Shown piece by piece: positions 11,159 to 22,684 of a stretch of 64,000 nt of DNA. Source of the DNA: an uncultured bacterium (GTDB lineage Bacteria; Chloroflexota; UBA5177; JANWHV01); assembly GCA_963729625.1 (NCBI GenBank), contig CAVSOU010000010.1, positions 960,001 through 1,024,000 of the forward strand, given 5' to 3'. A program made the position numbers and the translations under genes. Under the pieces are notes generated by a model. It was not told where the DNA came from. It saw only the letters and a program-made list of their open reading frames with translations, and made no database searches. The stretch's first letter is position 1; each line of letters starts with the position of its first letter.

Positions 11159-14100
11159 TTAAGCCTTTCGCAGCACGAAGCCAACCGGTTCTCCTTCGAG
11201 TGGCGCGCTGTCATGGAAACCGTCCGCGCCCGCCACCCCAGGGTGCAGCTCCAGTGCCAGGGTCTCCGCGCGTATGTAGGCGTTCCATTTGTCAAACACG
11301 GGCCGTAGATTCTCACCCGTTTCGTGGTACACGACGATGCGGTCGGCTACGTCGAACCCAGCCGACTTTCGCAGCGTCTGCAACCGATGGACGATCTCAC
11401 GCGCCAGCCCCTCTTCACGCAGGTCAGCGGTCAGTTCGGTCACTAAACCCACCAAATAGCCGTGCTCCTCTGCAACGGCGTAGCCGGGAAGCGCCGCGGC
11501 CAGCGGTTGAACATCGTCCATCCCCAGGCTCAACTCGCGATCCCCGACGAGTACCGCGAGGCGCTCGCCTCGCCTGAGTCTCGCAACAGCGTCCCCGGCA
11601 TTCAGGGCCTTGAGCGCCCCGACAAGCTTGGGTAGATCGGGCCCGAGCCGCGGGCCGAGCGCCGGCAGATTCGGACGCAGCTCGTAGTGCGCGACTGCCG
11701 CCTCGTCCGCCAGGTACCGGACCTCCTTGACGTTGAGCTCTTCCTTTATCTGCTCGACGAACGGCAGCAGCTTTTCCCACTCCTCGACCCGTCGCGTGCG
11801 GATCAGCGCCGCGGCAAGCGGCTGGCGAACCTTCAGTTTCCCGGCATTGCGCGCCGCTCGCCCAAGACCCACCACGCGAATGGTCAGGCGCGTGGCCTCG
11901 ATGAGCCCGCGGTCCACGAGTGCCTGGTCCGCCACCGGCCAGTCGGTCAGGTGAACACTCTGCGGCGAACCGGAGACGACCCCGGCCTCAAGGTTTTGAT
12001 AGAGTTCCTCGGCGAAGAACGGCACCATTGGAGCCAGGAGGCGCGTGATGGCGGTCAGCAGTTCATAGAGCGTGGCGTAGGCAGCCGCTTTGTCCTGGTC
12101 GTCTTCGCCCTTCCAGAAGCGGCGTCGGCTACGCCGGACATACCAGTTGGAGAGCAGGTCGACGAGGTTCTCCAGATCGCGAGTCGCAGGTGCTGCCTCG
12201 TATCGTTGCAGAGCGGCCGTCACACTCTCAACGGTGGACTGCAGCTCCGCGAGGATCCAGCGGTCGAGAGCGCTTCTCTCGTTCACGACCGGGCGCCGAG
12301 CCTCCGGATCAAATCCGTCCAGGTTCGCGTAGAGCACGAAGAATGAGTACACATTCCACAGCGTCAGGAAGAATCGCCGGCGCACCTCCTCGGCGACGGA
12401 ATACCCGAAGCGCAGGTTACTCGCCGGGTTCTGGCTCAGATAGATCCAGCGCATGGCATCGGCGCCCATAGGCATGTGCTGCTTTCCCTTGAAATCTTTG
12501 CCACCGGCGTCCGCTGCCTCCTCAAATGGAATGGAGTTTCCCCACGACTTGTGCATCTCGCGGCCGGTTTCATCCAACAGTGTGGCGAAGCCGAAGCACG
12601 TCTGGAACGGCGGCACTCCAGTCAGCGCGGTACCCATCACCAGCACAGCGTAGAACCAGTTTCGGAACTGACCAGGAAAGCTCTCGGTGATGAAGTCCGC
12701 GGGAAACCACTTCTGCCAGTACTCGCGATCGTGGCGGTACTTGAGCGTCGAGAATGTCACGATTCCGGCATCCAGCCACGGCGTGCCGACGTCCTTGACA
12801 CGGGCGACAGGCGCGCCGCACTGTGAGCAGCGGATCTTGACGCCGTCAACCCACGGCCGGTGCGGAGTGTGGCCGACAAAGGCATCCCAGCCTTCAACCG
12901 CCCTGGCTTGCAGCTCGTGTTCGCTGCCGACCACCTCGAAGTGTCCGCAGGCTGCGCAGTCGTAAATCGGGAGCGCGAGTCCCCAGTACCGCTTCTTGGA
13001 GATCATCCAGTCACCCATGTTCCGAAGCCAATCGAGTTCACGATCGCGACAGAACTCGGGAAACCACGCTATCTGGTTCACGACGTCGATTAGCGGCTGG
13101 CGAAGCTCCTGCACGCTGATGAACCACTCGTTCACCAAGCGGAACACCAGCTCCGTGCCGCAGCGCCAGCAGTGCGGATAGCGGTGCCTGTACTCTTCGG
13201 TGCGGTAGAGCGCCTGTTTTTCACGCAAGGAGTGAAGAATCGGCTTCACCACTTCCTTAGCGTGCTGGCCTGTGAGGAATCCGTAACCCTCGACGTAGTT
13301 TCCGTTCTCATCGATCGGGGCCAGCACCGCCAACGATTCCGGTCCAGACAGTGAAAAGTCCTCGCGACCGCAGCCAGGAGCGATATGCACGATACCCGTG
13401 CCCTCGGTGTCGCTTACCTCCTCCCAGGCGATGACCCTGTGCTCGACTCCGTGCTGGGAAGGCAGCTCGTCGAAGGGACCACGGTAAAGCCGTCCTAGAA
13501 GATTGGACCCGCTTAGTGTGCCAAGCACGTCGTAGTCGCCGCGAAGCACGGTGAGGAGCGGCTGCGCCAGATAGTACACATCGTCGCCTTGCCGAACCCG
13601 AACATATGTGAGATCCGGCTTGACCGCCGCCGCGACATTCGCGGCAAGCGTCCATGGGGTCGTCGTCCACACCAGGAGCGCCGCACCAGGTTCGTCAAGA
13701 AGGGGAAGCTTGACATACGGGCTCGTATGCGTGGTCTCGAAGTATTGATCGATCATCTCATTCTCAGTAAGCGCCGTACCACAGCGCGCACACCATGGCA
13801 ACACATCGCGACCCTTGTAGATCCAACCTCGCTCGAAGCACGTTTTGAGAAAGAGCCAAATCGTGTAGTTGTTCTCGTCGGACATCGTGTAGTACGAGTT
13901 GTCCCAATCCATCCAGTAGCCAAGTCGAATGGACTGCTGAGTCTGGATACCTGCGTACTTGAGCACGCGTTCCTTGCATTTTTCGACGAACGCAGCGATG
14001 CCATACGTCTCGATGTCTCGCTTGGACTTGAAGCCGAGCTCCTTCTCAACCTCAACCTCAACCCAGAGTCCCTGGCAGTCAAAGCCATTCTGGTAGCGCT

Positions 14101-14362
14101 GCTCCTCACCCAACATGGTGTGAAAGCGCTGATAGAGATCCTTGTAGGTACGGCCCCATCCGTGATGCACGCCCATCGGATTGTTGGCAGTAATGGGCCC
14201 GTCGATGAAGCTATACCGTCGAGTGCTCCGGCGGTTTCGCGCCAGGTACTTGTCGACAATCCCCTCATCCTGCCACCAGCGGAGCAGCTTGTGCTCCACG
14301 GCCGGGAAGTCCGGCTGCGCGGAGACGGGCGCGAAGCGCCGCGAAGTCGATTTCCCTGTCAT
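11159..14362 (-). CDS. ileS: Isoleucine--tRNA ligase, type 2 (IleRS2)
   Basis: [45 protein letters not shown], long IleRS2 C-terminus (EEGLAREIV); ATG 14362 behind GGAGGG; Ile T-box upstream. Confidence 0.97.
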   Translation of the reverse strand: MTGKSTSRRFAPVSAQPDFPAVEHKLLRWWQDEGIVDKYLARNRRSTRRYSFIDGPITANNPMGVHHGWGRTYKDLYQRFHTMLGEEQRYQNGFDCQGLWVEVEVEKELGFKSKRDIETYGIAAFVEKCKERVLKYAGIQTQQSIRLGYWMDWDNSYYTMSDENNYTIWLFLKTCFERGWIYKGRDVLPWCARCGTALTENEMIDQYFETTHTSPYVKLPLLDEPGAALLVWTTTPWTLAANVAAAVKPDLTYVRVRQGDDVYYLAQPLLTVLRGDYDVLGTLSGSNLLGRLYRGPFDELPSQHGVEHRVIAWEEVSDTEGTGIVHIAPGCGREDFSLSGPESLAVLAPIDENGNYVEGYGFLTGQHAKEVVKPILHSLREKQALYRTEEYRHRYPHCWRCGTELVFRLVNEWFISVQELRQPLIDVVNQIAWFPEFCRDRELDWLRNMGDWMISKKRYWGLALPIYDCAACGHFEVVGSEHELQARAVEGWDAFVGHTPHRPWVDGVKIRCSQCGAPVARVKDVGTPWLDAGIVTFSTLKYRHDREYWQKWFPADFITESFPGQFRNWFYAVLVMGTALTGVPPFQTCFGFATLLDETGREMHKSWGNSIPFEEAADAGGKDFKGKQHMPMGADAMRWIYLSQNPASNLRFGYSVAEEVRRRFFLTLWNVYSFFVLYANLDGFDPEARRPVVNERSALDRWILAELQSTVESVTAALQRYEAAPATRDLENLVDLLSNWYVRRSRRRFWKGEDDQDKAAAYATLYELLTAITRLLAPMVPFFAEELYQNLEAGVVSGSPQSVHLTDWPVADQALVDRGLIEATRLTIRVVGLGRAARNAGKLKVRQPLAAALIRTRRVEEWEKLLPFVEQIKEELNVKEVRYLADEAAVAHYELRPNLPALGPRLGPDLPKLVGALKALNAGDAVARLRRGERLAVLVGDRELSLGMDDVQPLAAALPGYAVAEEHGYLVGLVTELTADLREEGLAREIVHRLQTLRKSAGFDVADRIVVYHETGENLRPVFDKWNAYIRAETLALELHPGVAGADGFHDSAPLEGEPVGFVLRKA

Positions 14363-14416
14363 CCGACCCTCCAAAGCAATGCCAGATTTCACTCACTGGC
14401 TGGCAGCGCAACCATC

Positions 14417-14685
14417 AAAAAACCCCATCCCACAAAGGGACGGGGTCGGCTCCCGCGGTACCACCCTGGTTTGGCCGGCGCCGGCAGACGCAAGCCCACT
14501 CGCTCGGACACGTATACATGCCCACGCCGGGATAACGGTCGGCGATTCCGGGTACGGCTGGGGCGCCTGGCCCGCGCCACATCAACTCGGAAGTGATCTT
14601 CAATCGCCTTTGCCCGGCTTCCCTTGCACCGCCCGGAAGCTCGCTTGCGGGAGCAGACGACCTACTGGCTCCGTCAAAGTCACTG
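14417..14685 (-). promoter_or_regulatory. T-box riboswitch (Ile, ATC specifier) with intrinsic terminator
   Basis: Minus strand: stem I with AGTA, GCGAG and GGTGCAA elements, GAAG-ATC-A specifier (14597-14595), CCGTTATC, T-box AGGGTGGTACCGCG (14467-14454), terminator hairpin plus U6 (14446-14417). Confidence 0.95.
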
Positions 14686-14690
14686 CTACG

Positions 14691-14719
14691 AGTTTCCCAC
14701 ACGGCGGCCGGACCGTCAA
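14691..14719 (-). promoter_or_regulatory. Putative promoter of the T-box/ileS leader
   Basis: TTGACG-17 bp-GAAACT with TG extension immediately upstream of T-box stem I. Confidence 0.5.
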
Positions 14720-14804
14720 ACCCGATCGTTTGCGGCTGCCGAGGGCGCCCGCACCGAGTTTGGCGTGGGCTATTGAGGTATCATGCACCGTAACAAGGAG
14801 CATA

Positions 14805-15803
14805 ATGGCACGCGTGATGGAAGACGCCGGCATCGTGCCGGCGGCGGTGCAGCCGCGCCCTCCCGTGATCTCGGTAGTGGCGCCGGTGTTCAACGAGCAA
14901 GACAGCCTGCCGCACTTCTACGAGCGGGTCGTGGCGGTCATGGAGGGCCTGGGCGAGCCGTTTGAGCTCGTGCTCGTCAACGACGGCAGCCGGGACAACT
15001 CCTTCACACTGATGCGCGAACTTCACGTCAAGGATCCGCGCGTGCGCGCCATCAACTTCTCTCGCAATTTCGGCCATCAAGCGGCGATTTCGGCCGGGCT
15101 GGATCACGCGCGCGGCGACGCGGTTGTGATCATCGATTCCGATTTGCAGGATCCTCCCGAGGTCATACCCGAGATGGTCGAGCGCTGGCGAAGCGGTGCA
15201 CAGGTTGTCTACGCTCAGCGCCGCCAACGCGTGGGCGAGACACGCTTCAAGCTGCTCACGGCTGCCTTGTTCTACCGGCTGATCAATCGCCTTACCACAA
15301 TGAAACTGCCGCGAGACACAGGCGATTTTCGGCTTCTCGATCGCAAGGTCGCCAACGCTCTGATCCAGATGCGCGAGCACAACCGCTTCATGCGCGGGCT
15401 GTCTGTCTGGGTCGGGTTCCGGCAGGAGGTCGTGAAGTACGACCGACACGAACGGTTTGCCGGCAAGACCAACTACCCACTGTTCAAAATGGTCCGTCTT
15501 TCTATGGATGCAATAACCGGATTCAGCTACGCACCGCTGCAGCTTGCAACGTCGCTCGGCTTTCTCTTCGCGGGCCTGAGCCTCATAGGCATCGTGCTTG
15601 CGATCATCGCGCGTATCGTCGGCGGCGCCATTGTCGGGCAGGGCACGACGCTGATCGTTGTACTGTTCCTGGGAGGCATCCAGCTCATCTTTCTCGGTGT
15701 GATCGGAGAGTACCTTAGCAGAATCTATGACGAGGTGCGAAACAGGCCGCTCTACATCATTAGCGAGACGCTCGACAATGCGGACTGTCCTGCTCAGCCG
15801 TAG
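14805..15803 (+). CDS. GT2 glycosyltransferase, GtrB/polyprenol-phosphate glycosyltransferase type
   Basis: [41 protein letters not shown], two C-terminal TM helices, GEYLSRIY; ATG 14805 behind AAGGAG. Confidence 0.93.
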   Translation: MARVMEDAGIVPAAVQPRPPVISVVAPVFNEQDSLPHFYERVVAVMEGLGEPFELVLVNDGSRDNSFTLMRELHVKDPRVRAINFSRNFGHQAAISAGLDHARGDAVVIIDSDLQDPPEVIPEMVERWRSGAQVVYAQRRQRVGETRFKLLTAALFYRLINRLTTMKLPRDTGDFRLLDRKVANALIQMREHNRFMRGLSVWVGFRQEVVKYDRHERFAGKTNYPLFKMVRLSMDAITGFSYAPLQLATSLGFLFAGLSLIGIVLAIIARIVGGAIVGQGTTLIVVLFLGGIQLIFLGVIGEYLSRIYDEVRNRPLYIISETLDNADCPAQP

Positions 15804-15898
15804 ACATGGCAAGCCGGCTCACGTTTGGGGACGCGTGGCTGGAGGCGCGCGGACGCAGCGATCGGTGCATCGCCCTAGAGATCCCGACGAACGATGGG

Positions 15899-17182
15899 CT
15901 AAGCGGTTGATGGCGCCGCCGTGCGCAACGCCAGGCCCACCGTCGGCGCCATCACGGCCGCCTCGATGCAACTGGCGATGAGCAGCCCCACGCCCAGCCC
16001 CACGAGGCCGTCAAGTGTCGCCCCCTTGGCGCCCATAACGAGCTTGAGCACGCTGCCTAGCAGCACCAGCGGGGCGGCGCCGGCCGGTCGCCCGTACACT
16101 CGCTGGATCGCGGCGTAGTGCTCGCGCACGCAGAGAGGAAGGTTAACCGCGGCAAATAGCTCGAGCGGGATAGTCCCATTTTCGGAATAGCTATGCCCAA
16201 ACACGCCCATCACCGGACCTGCCGCCACCGACATCAGGGCGATTGCCAGCGTGGTCAAGAGCACTGACAGGCCAAGACTGAAGCGAAACCGCTGCACCAG
16301 GGTCGCAGGCTCCGCCGCCCCAACCGCGAAGAACACAGTCGCAAGGGACGATGGCACGATGAAGACAAGTGAGCCGACCATCGAGGCAGTGTAGTAGTAC
16401 GCGTTGGCAGTGGTCGACAGAATCACGGTTACGATAAGCGGCATGGCCAGCCCAGCCAGCTGCATCGTGACGTTCAGTACGTGATGTCCGACCGCCTGCC
16501 AGCCTAACCCGCGCAAGAGCGACGGCCGCGGCCTGTGCAGGTGACGGGTGCCACCGACGAGCGGTAGGACCAGGGCCAGACACACAACGTACCCGACAAC
16601 CCACGTAGCATACAGGGCACCGCCGCCCCCGTTGACCAGCCACATGCCGGCAAGCGCAAGCGCCAGAAGCTTTGCCACACTGAACAGGCCGTTGCGCCAT
16701 AGCTGCAAAGATCCACGCAGCAAGCCGATAAAGGCCTGGTCGAGTACCACTGAAAGCGCCGTCAATGCTACTCCCAGGGCGAACAGCAGGACTTTCCACA
16801 CGCTATCACCCAGGGGTCGCAAGCTTAACGAGAAATGAGGAGCAAGCGCCGCGAAGCCGGCGCCGAGCGCGAATCCCGCTATTCCCGCCGCAACCATCGC
16901 CGTCACTATAAGTTGGCCACGTTGTCCCGGGCGTCGCGGCAGCTCGCCGATCAGCAGGCTGCCGAGTCCCAGCATGGCAAACGACCCGAGGAGACTCATC
17001 GCGGCGATGGCCGCCGATGCCAGGCCGATCGCCGAAGGGGAGAACCAACGTGCCGCCAGCCACCAGTACACGAAGCCCAGGCCGAGAGTCAGCACATTGG
17101 TGCTTGCCAGCGTCCCAGCATTGAAAAGCACCGACCAGTTCGCGCCTCCTACGCGCTTCGCGGTCTGGCGTAGGCCGAGCAT
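15899..17182 (-). CDS. Polysaccharide/oligosaccharide flippase-like (Wzx/MATE superfamily) membrane protein
   Basis: About 12 hydrophobic helices, GLGFVYWWLAAR N-terminal motif, located among glycosyltransferases; start estimated. Confidence 0.8.
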   Translation of the reverse strand: MLGLRQTAKRVGGANWSVLFNAGTLASTNVLTLGLGFVYWWLAARWFSPSAIGLASAAIAAMSLLGSFAMLGLGSLLIGELPRRPGQRGQLIVTAMVAAGIAGFALGAGFAALAPHFSLSLRPLGDSVWKVLLFALGVALTALSVVLDQAFIGLLRGSLQLWRNGLFSVAKLLALALAGMWLVNGGGGALYATWVVGYVVCLALVLPLVGGTRHLHRPRPSLLRGLGWQAVGHHVLNVTMQLAGLAMPLIVTVILSTTANAYYYTASMVGSLVFIVPSSLATVFFAVGAAEPATLVQRFRFSLGLSVLLTTLAIALMSVAAGPVMGVFGHSYSENGTIPLELFAAVNLPLCVREHYAAIQRVYGRPAGAAPLVLLGSVLKLVMGAKGATLDGLVGLGVGLLIASCIEAAVMAPTVGLALRTAAPSTA

Positions 17183-17240
17183 GGTCACGTGACATACCCC
17201 ACAGCTAGCGTGCCGATCGACTGCCGCATACATGGCACAT

Positions 17241-18461
17241 TCATGCGCTAGACCAGGAAACCGACGCGCGAGTGGGATACCATGGCCGCTTTGCCAGCGC
17301 CTCAAGCCTGAACGCTCGGTCGTCTCCGAGGATGAGCCTTGCCGCGATACCAATCATTGGTCGGTGACCGAGGAGACGGTACTCGGTCTTCAGCGCGCAG
17401 ATGACGTAGGCGCAGATCTCTCTGTTCGTCCTGGACGGCTGCTTGTCCAGAAGTGCCTTCAGATATGAGATAGCAACAACGCTCCGAGCTTGATCCGACG
17501 TGCCCAAAGCATGTCGCTGCAATAGCGATAGCAAAGGCCGACACACGTTCGGAGCCGTGTCTCGACCGGCATACGACCGGCCGAGCAGTCGCCGGCACAT
17601 ATCGTGCCACTCTGAGAGCCGGCGATCGTCGAGCAGTGAGTCCCGTAGCAATTGATCGGAAACGGCTTCGTCACCTTCGACAAGGCTCACAAGAATGGCC
17701 TCGAAAGTACTGTGCTGCACGGCGGCAGCCACCCTGAGCCGGCGCTTGGGCGGCAACGCAGGACTTGCGGCAAGCCGCCTGAGCGCTAGAACGGTTTCAA
17801 GACGATTGGTCAACCATCCCGTGGCCGTCAGTGCTGCGGGCAGCTGACGAAACGCCCCCCAAACACCGGGGAGGCGCACCAGCTTCGACCGTACGCCAAG
17901 GCGAAGCCAGAGGTCATAGTCCATTGCGTATCGCATTTCTGTGTTGAGGCCCCCAACGCCGAGCAAGTGACGCTTCCGCATGAGCGCCGACTGATTGGGT
18001 ATGATATTCGTCTCAAGGAGATCGGAAAACCGAAATCGTGTGGCATGCCACGTACCGTCAACATCCCGTTCAGGGCTTACGAAGTGGCAGCTCGCATAGA
18101 CCGCCGCGATATCTGGGTGAGACGTCATGTAGCGGGCTGCCGTGCCGAGCACGCCTGGATAGTAGTAATCGTCGGAATTCTGCCAACCGATTAGCTCTCC
18201 CTCAGCCATCGCGAGGCCCTTGTTAAAGGCATCTGACTGGCCCTGGTCCGGTTCGCTGATCCAGCGGAACCGGCCAGGATATCTCCTTCCATACGCTTCG
18301 AGGATCTCGAGCGTACCGTCTGTCGAGCCGCCATCGACGATTATGTGCTCAATATCCGACCAGTCCTGTGCTAGAACACTCTCGATCGTGTCCCGAACGT
18401 AGGCAGCGTGATTAAGCGATGGAGTTATCACGCTGATCCGAACTGTGTCATGTGACCGCAT
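17241..18461 (-). CDS. GT2 family glycosyltransferase
   Basis: ISVITPSLN, IVDGGSTDGT, SEPDQGQSDAFNKG, WQNSDD, AMDYDLWLR; ATG 18461 behind GGAGG. Confidence 0.92.
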   Translation of the reverse strand: MRSHDTVRISVITPSLNHAAYVRDTIESVLAQDWSDIEHIIVDGGSTDGTLEILEAYGRRYPGRFRWISEPDQGQSDAFNKGLAMAEGELIGWQNSDDYYYPGVLGTAARYMTSHPDIAAVYASCHFVSPERDVDGTWHATRFRFSDLLETNIIPNQSALMRKRHLLGVGGLNTEMRYAMDYDLWLRLGVRSKLVRLPGVWGAFRQLPAALTATGWLTNRLETVLALRRLAASPALPPKRRLRVAAAVQHSTFEAILVSLVEGDEAVSDQLLRDSLLDDRRLSEWHDMCRRLLGRSYAGRDTAPNVCRPLLSLLQRHALGTSDQARSVVAISYLKALLDKQPSRTNREICAYVICALKTEYRLLGHRPMIGIAARLILGDDRAFRLEALAKRPWYPTRASVSWSSA

Positions 18462-18541
18462 CAATTGGTCCTCCAGAACTCGCCCACTGCGCGCAACAGA
18501 GCGGCTCCCATCCGCCATGCCGAATCGTCACCGGCACCGCG

Positions 18542-19549
18542 CTACCAACCCGCGAGCTTGAGCAGCGCGTTCACTCCTCGAACGGGCAGGGTCCCGGCAT
18601 ACCGTTGGCTGGCGTACAGAATACTGAATACAACTCGCTCGACCAGAGATCGAGGATCGCCATAGCTTACGTCGTCTCCAGCGAGTCCACCTCTTGTCGC
18701 AATGTCGCGCCAATCCACGTCCCAAATCGCTACCCGCTTGAAATACGCCGCGCCGTGCCTCCGAAGGAGCTCGAGCACCTGAAAATCCCAGTAGTAGAGG
18801 CCCGCCGAAAACACTGTAGTCCTGTCGATCCCACGTTCCTCGTACGCCTCAACCCATTCACGAGGAATAGGGCGCCTATCTGCTGGACCAACGGAGAACA
18901 TGTGATGGTACTGCCTGAAGACGTCGACGACATGCCGCTCCGGATGATTGAGGCACTCCCAGCATTGGTACCAACGATGCTTGCTTCTCATCCGCTCCCA
19001 ATCGGCGTACTGGTAATGCAGCACGTGGATCGCAGTCAAGTCGACTGTATTGGCGTTGACCGGATGCGGAATGCGAAGCCCGTGAATGTCCTGACCATGG
19101 TGAGCGGATCCATCGTCGACGAAGCCAAGATGAAACCTCGAACAGTCCATCAGCCAGTAGGATTCTCCGTCAGGCCATATCTCGGCCCGAGTGAACGTGA
19201 TCACCGTCCCAGGCGGCGCCGCCATCGCGGTTTGCCACTCAGGATCGGTAAGCACGTTCGCACTCAGGATCTCGTCGGCATCGAGGGCGATCAAGACCCT
19301 GGGACCGCTGATGGACCGTGCGGCGTCGATCAGCAAGTCTTGCCGAGAACTCTCATTGAACGCCGGAGAAGTGTTTTCGATCAGCCTGGCCTTTGGACAC
19401 CGATCGACTATGGCGCGAGTGCCGTCATCCGACTGTTGATCAGCAACGATGATGACGTCGGCCCACAGGCTGGCAGTTGCGAGGTAGTACTCGAGAGCCC
19501 ACGCCTCATTCTTAACTGGCGCAAGGCAAACTACTGTAGGCTTCCTCAT
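18542..19549 (-). CDS. GT2-like glycosyltransferase
   Basis: PVKNEAW, VADQQSDDGT, ALDADE DxD motif, VLHY; start at MRKPTVV. Confidence 0.85.
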   Translation of the reverse strand: MRKPTVVCLAPVKNEAWALEYYLATASLWADVIIVADQQSDDGTRAIVDRCPKARLIENTSPAFNESSRQDLLIDAARSISGPRVLIALDADEILSANVLTDPEWQTAMAAPPGTVITFTRAEIWPDGESYWLMDCSRFHLGFVDDGSAHHGQDIHGLRIPHPVNANTVDLTAIHVLHYQYADWERMRSKHRWYQCWECLNHPERHVVDVFRQYHHMFSVGPADRRPIPREWVEAYEERGIDRTTVFSAGLYYWDFQVLELLRRHGAAYFKRVAIWDVDWRDIATRGGLAGDDVSYGDPRSLVERVVFSILYASQRYAGTLPVRGVNALLKLAGW

Positions 19550-20294
19550 CTCAGTATGGCACGTGTGACTATACGGCCTGGCTATGGGGTGGGACATGCG
19601 AGCAACGGGAACGGGTGGCGGCCGCAAGTGGATGCATACACGCGGAAGCCTCACGCTTGTCGCCGAGGTGAGCGCAATCTCGATGCTGTGGGATCGCCCT
19701 GACCAATACTCTCCCGTATTCTCTCGGGGTCGTCCCCGCGGTGATTGACAGTTGCCTCGTAGGGCACCTATATGTGCCATCTCCGGCGTCTCCGGCGCAT
19801 GCCCAGGTGCTCTCTCTAGTGTACCGGCCTCTCCAGCAAAGATCGGCATAGGGAATGGTGGGCGGATTCTCCTCCTGGTCGCGCTTCAGCAGACAGGCCC
19901 TTGGGCCGGTTCTGGCCTGCTGTTCCATCGCGGGGGGCGGCGATGCTCGTTCGCGTTGTTGGCGGCAAGCAGACGCGCGGGGATGTCGCCAAACTCGTGT
20001 GCGAGATTACAGCGCACACCCGATGCTGACGGAACTGCTCACTGACAGGCATCTTGGGGCCTATTTGGCTATCATTGAAAGGACGAGGCAGCTTGAACCA
20101 GGTCATCATCACCTACCCCCCAACCCTGGGGCGCACAGACGGCGTGCGAAGGAGGTCGGTGCGTGCGGCCAAAGACCGGCAGGCAGGGCATCGCTGTCGC
20201 ACGCTTATCGGGAGGCTCCTGGCGCTCGACATCGATCGTTGCCAGGCAAGCTGCTGAAGAAACACCTGGCGAAAATGATCGAGAAGGATGGGTA

Positions 20295-21398
20295 GTGAAG
20301 TCCGAACCGTCTCTCCCCCTCGTATCGATCGTCATCGACAACTACAACTACTGCCGGTTCCTGGGTGCTGCCGTTGACAGCGCGCTGGGCCAATCCTACC
20401 CGAATGTTGAGGTTATCGTCGTCGACGATGGCTCGACTGATGGATCGCGACAGTTGATTGCAGGCTACGGCTCGAGCATTGTGCCCGTATTCAAGGCCAA
20501 CGGAGGTCAGGTCTCGGCGATGAACGCCGGCTTTACCCGTTGCAGCGGCAGCATCGTATTCTTTCTCGATGCGGACGACGTGCTGAGGCCGGATATTGTC
20601 ACCAGGGTCGTGCAAGCCATGCACGAGAATCCGCAGCTCAGCAAGGTCCAATTCCGGCTGGTCGTGACGGACGCTACAGGTAGGCCAACAGGTGAGGAGA
20701 AGCCTCCGACGCATATCACGATGCTCGATGGCGACCTGCGCCGACATTACCTAACGTTCCCGGACGATGTGTGGAGGCTGCCCACCTCGGGGAACGCATT
20801 TACTCGTCGCGTTCTCGACCAGATTCTGCCAATCCCCGAAGCGCAGTATGGAACGTTGCCCGGCGATACGTACCTCACGCACGTCGCGCCGCTGTTCGGG
20901 CCGGTGCGATTCCTCGACGACGTTGGCGGCGAGTATCGCTTGCATGGTGGGAATGGCTACGAGTTGGCGGAGAACGTCCTGTCACTGGATCGAATTCGAG
21001 TCAATATTGTCCTTGCTCAGCGAACACATGTCGAGCTCAAGAGATTCGCGCGGCAGATCAACCTCGAGCTACCGTCTGCGCGAGGCGCTTTGTTGTCGAC
21101 CTCCTATCTGATAAACCGCATGATTTCCTGCAGGCTCGAGCCTGCCAAACACCCAATTCCCGGCGATACACGACTGGGAATTCTGCTTCTCGGCATCAGG
21201 TCGTCATCCCAGCGCTTCGACGTGTCGCTTCCGATGAAAGTAGTGTACGCACTGTGGTTCGCGGCGATGGCCGCTGTCCCGCGCGCGCAGGCGGCTCTGC
21301 TGGCGGAACGGGTGGTCTTTCCGCGGACGCGGCCCTGGGCTGGCCGTTTTCTCAAGCTTGTGCAGAGACCTCGGATATCACGCTCCGCCAACGCGTAG
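20295..21398 (+). CDS. GT2 family glycosyltransferase
   Basis: VSIVIDNYNY, VVDDGSTDGS, NGGQVSAMNAG, FLDADD, YRLHG; GTG start behind AGAAGGA. Confidence 0.92.
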   Translation: MKSEPSLPLVSIVIDNYNYCRFLGAAVDSALGQSYPNVEVIVVDDGSTDGSRQLIAGYGSSIVPVFKANGGQVSAMNAGFTRCSGSIVFFLDADDVLRPDIVTRVVQAMHENPQLSKVQFRLVVTDATGRPTGEEKPPTHITMLDGDLRRHYLTFPDDVWRLPTSGNAFTRRVLDQILPIPEAQYGTLPGDTYLTHVAPLFGPVRFLDDVGGEYRLHGGNGYELAENVLSLDRIRVNIVLAQRTHVELKRFARQINLELPSARGALLSTSYLINRMISCRLEPAKHPIPGDTRLGILLLGIRSSSQRFDVSLPMKVVYALWFAAMAAVPRAQAALLAERVVFPRTRPWAGRFLKLVQRPRISRSANA

Positions 21399-21741
21399 GT
21401 CAGAAGGTGGCGGCCCTGCGGCTGCGCTTGTCAGCCTGTCAGAATATCTGTGCGGACCTGGTCCCAGTCTTGCGGATAAGCTGGATTTGGTCGCCGGCTG
21501 GTGCTACGCTGGCACGCAGCGAGCTTCTGGGCTCACAGGGCAGTTCCACAACTTCCGCTTCAAAGAGATGCCGAATGTGTGCGAAGCGCGCGACGGAAGA
21601 CTCTGGACCAGAGCACGCCGATCTGTCACGTTGGTCATGCTGGACGAGATCATTCGCGAGAAATAGCTGACTTCCCGGAGGCTGCCGGTCGGCCGACAAG
21701 GGCCTTGACGACATGGCCATACGACCCGTTGGAGCAAGTAG

Positions 21742-22626
21742 ATGATCGATACGTGGGACGATCTGCTGACGCATCTGCGCCACGGTGACGTGCCGGCTAC
21801 AAGTCTCTCCAAAGACACGTTGCGCCGCATAGAGGAGATCTCACTTGCCGCCGACGGACCCGCCGGTGTCCGACCGCACCGAACAACCGGCGACGTGCTG
21901 GAAAGCAGAATGCGGACGCTCGGGGTGGTACTGCCAGTTGACATGGACGATCTGGCTTACGGCGAGATTTCGTTCTTTTGGCGAGATTTCTTTCCCTATG
22001 AAACCCCGGATTACGAAGGTCGAGTATTGGCCATTGTTTACGACGCCGTTCGGGCAGTCCACATTGGCAACATCCAATGCTCGGTCGTATGGAATGGCAA
22101 CCTGCCGGTGGTTACAATGCCGCGCGAGACGCTCCAGGCCCCGCCGGAGGCGAATATCCCACAGTGGCTTCGGCAGGTCGGGTGCGAGATACGTTTCGGC
22201 AAGCGGGCCGCCGGCTGCGTGCGCTACGATCGCATCCCACGACCGGACGAAATCCTGGAACGCGCTGTAGAGTCGCTCGACCAACCGCAGTGGAGGGATT
22301 TGCACCATGACTGGCGCTTGCTGGCCCAGCCGGTCACGTGGACGAGCGACACCGGCCTAAAGGAGACCCGCTGGTGCGTGCCGGTAGCGCCGAAGACCGG
22401 ATCGGTTCCAACGGATGACTTCGCTGTTTGCGCGTCGCGACAGGCGGCGTGTGACGGCGCAAGGAGACTCCTGGCCGCCGGACTCGCACGTCAAGCGAGA
22501 ACCACGAGCGAGCAAGAGCTGGGTGATCTGATCCTGCGTATCATGCCTGCCTGGGAAGACCTCACGAGCGACGTGGTCGCCGGTCTGATCGTCAAAGCCG
22601 TGGCATCTGCGCACGCCCCGGCATGA
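21742..22626 (+). CDS. Hypothetical protein
   Basis: 294-aa ORF with protein-like composition, GGAG upstream; no motif recognised. Confidence 0.6.
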   Translation: MIDTWDDLLTHLRHGDVPATSLSKDTLRRIEEISLAADGPAGVRPHRTTGDVLESRMRTLGVVLPVDMDDLAYGEISFFWRDFFPYETPDYEGRVLAIVYDAVRAVHIGNIQCSVVWNGNLPVVTMPRETLQAPPEANIPQWLRQVGCEIRFGKRAAGCVRYDRIPRPDEILERAVESLDQPQWRDLHHDWRLLAQPVTWTSDTGLKETRWCVPVAPKTGSVPTDDFAVCASRQAACDGARRLLAAGLARQARTTSEQELGDLILRIMPAWEDLTSDVVAGLIVKAVASAHAPA

Positions 22627-22684
22627 CGCGACTCTGCCCCGGTCGTTCTCTCGCGGCGATCCTGCACGGGGAGGAGCGTTGCGG

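Noticed and set aside
14181-14804. N-terminal extension of the GT ORF in the six-frame track
   Set aside because: Overlaps ileS start and T-box on the other strand; real start with RBS is at 14805.
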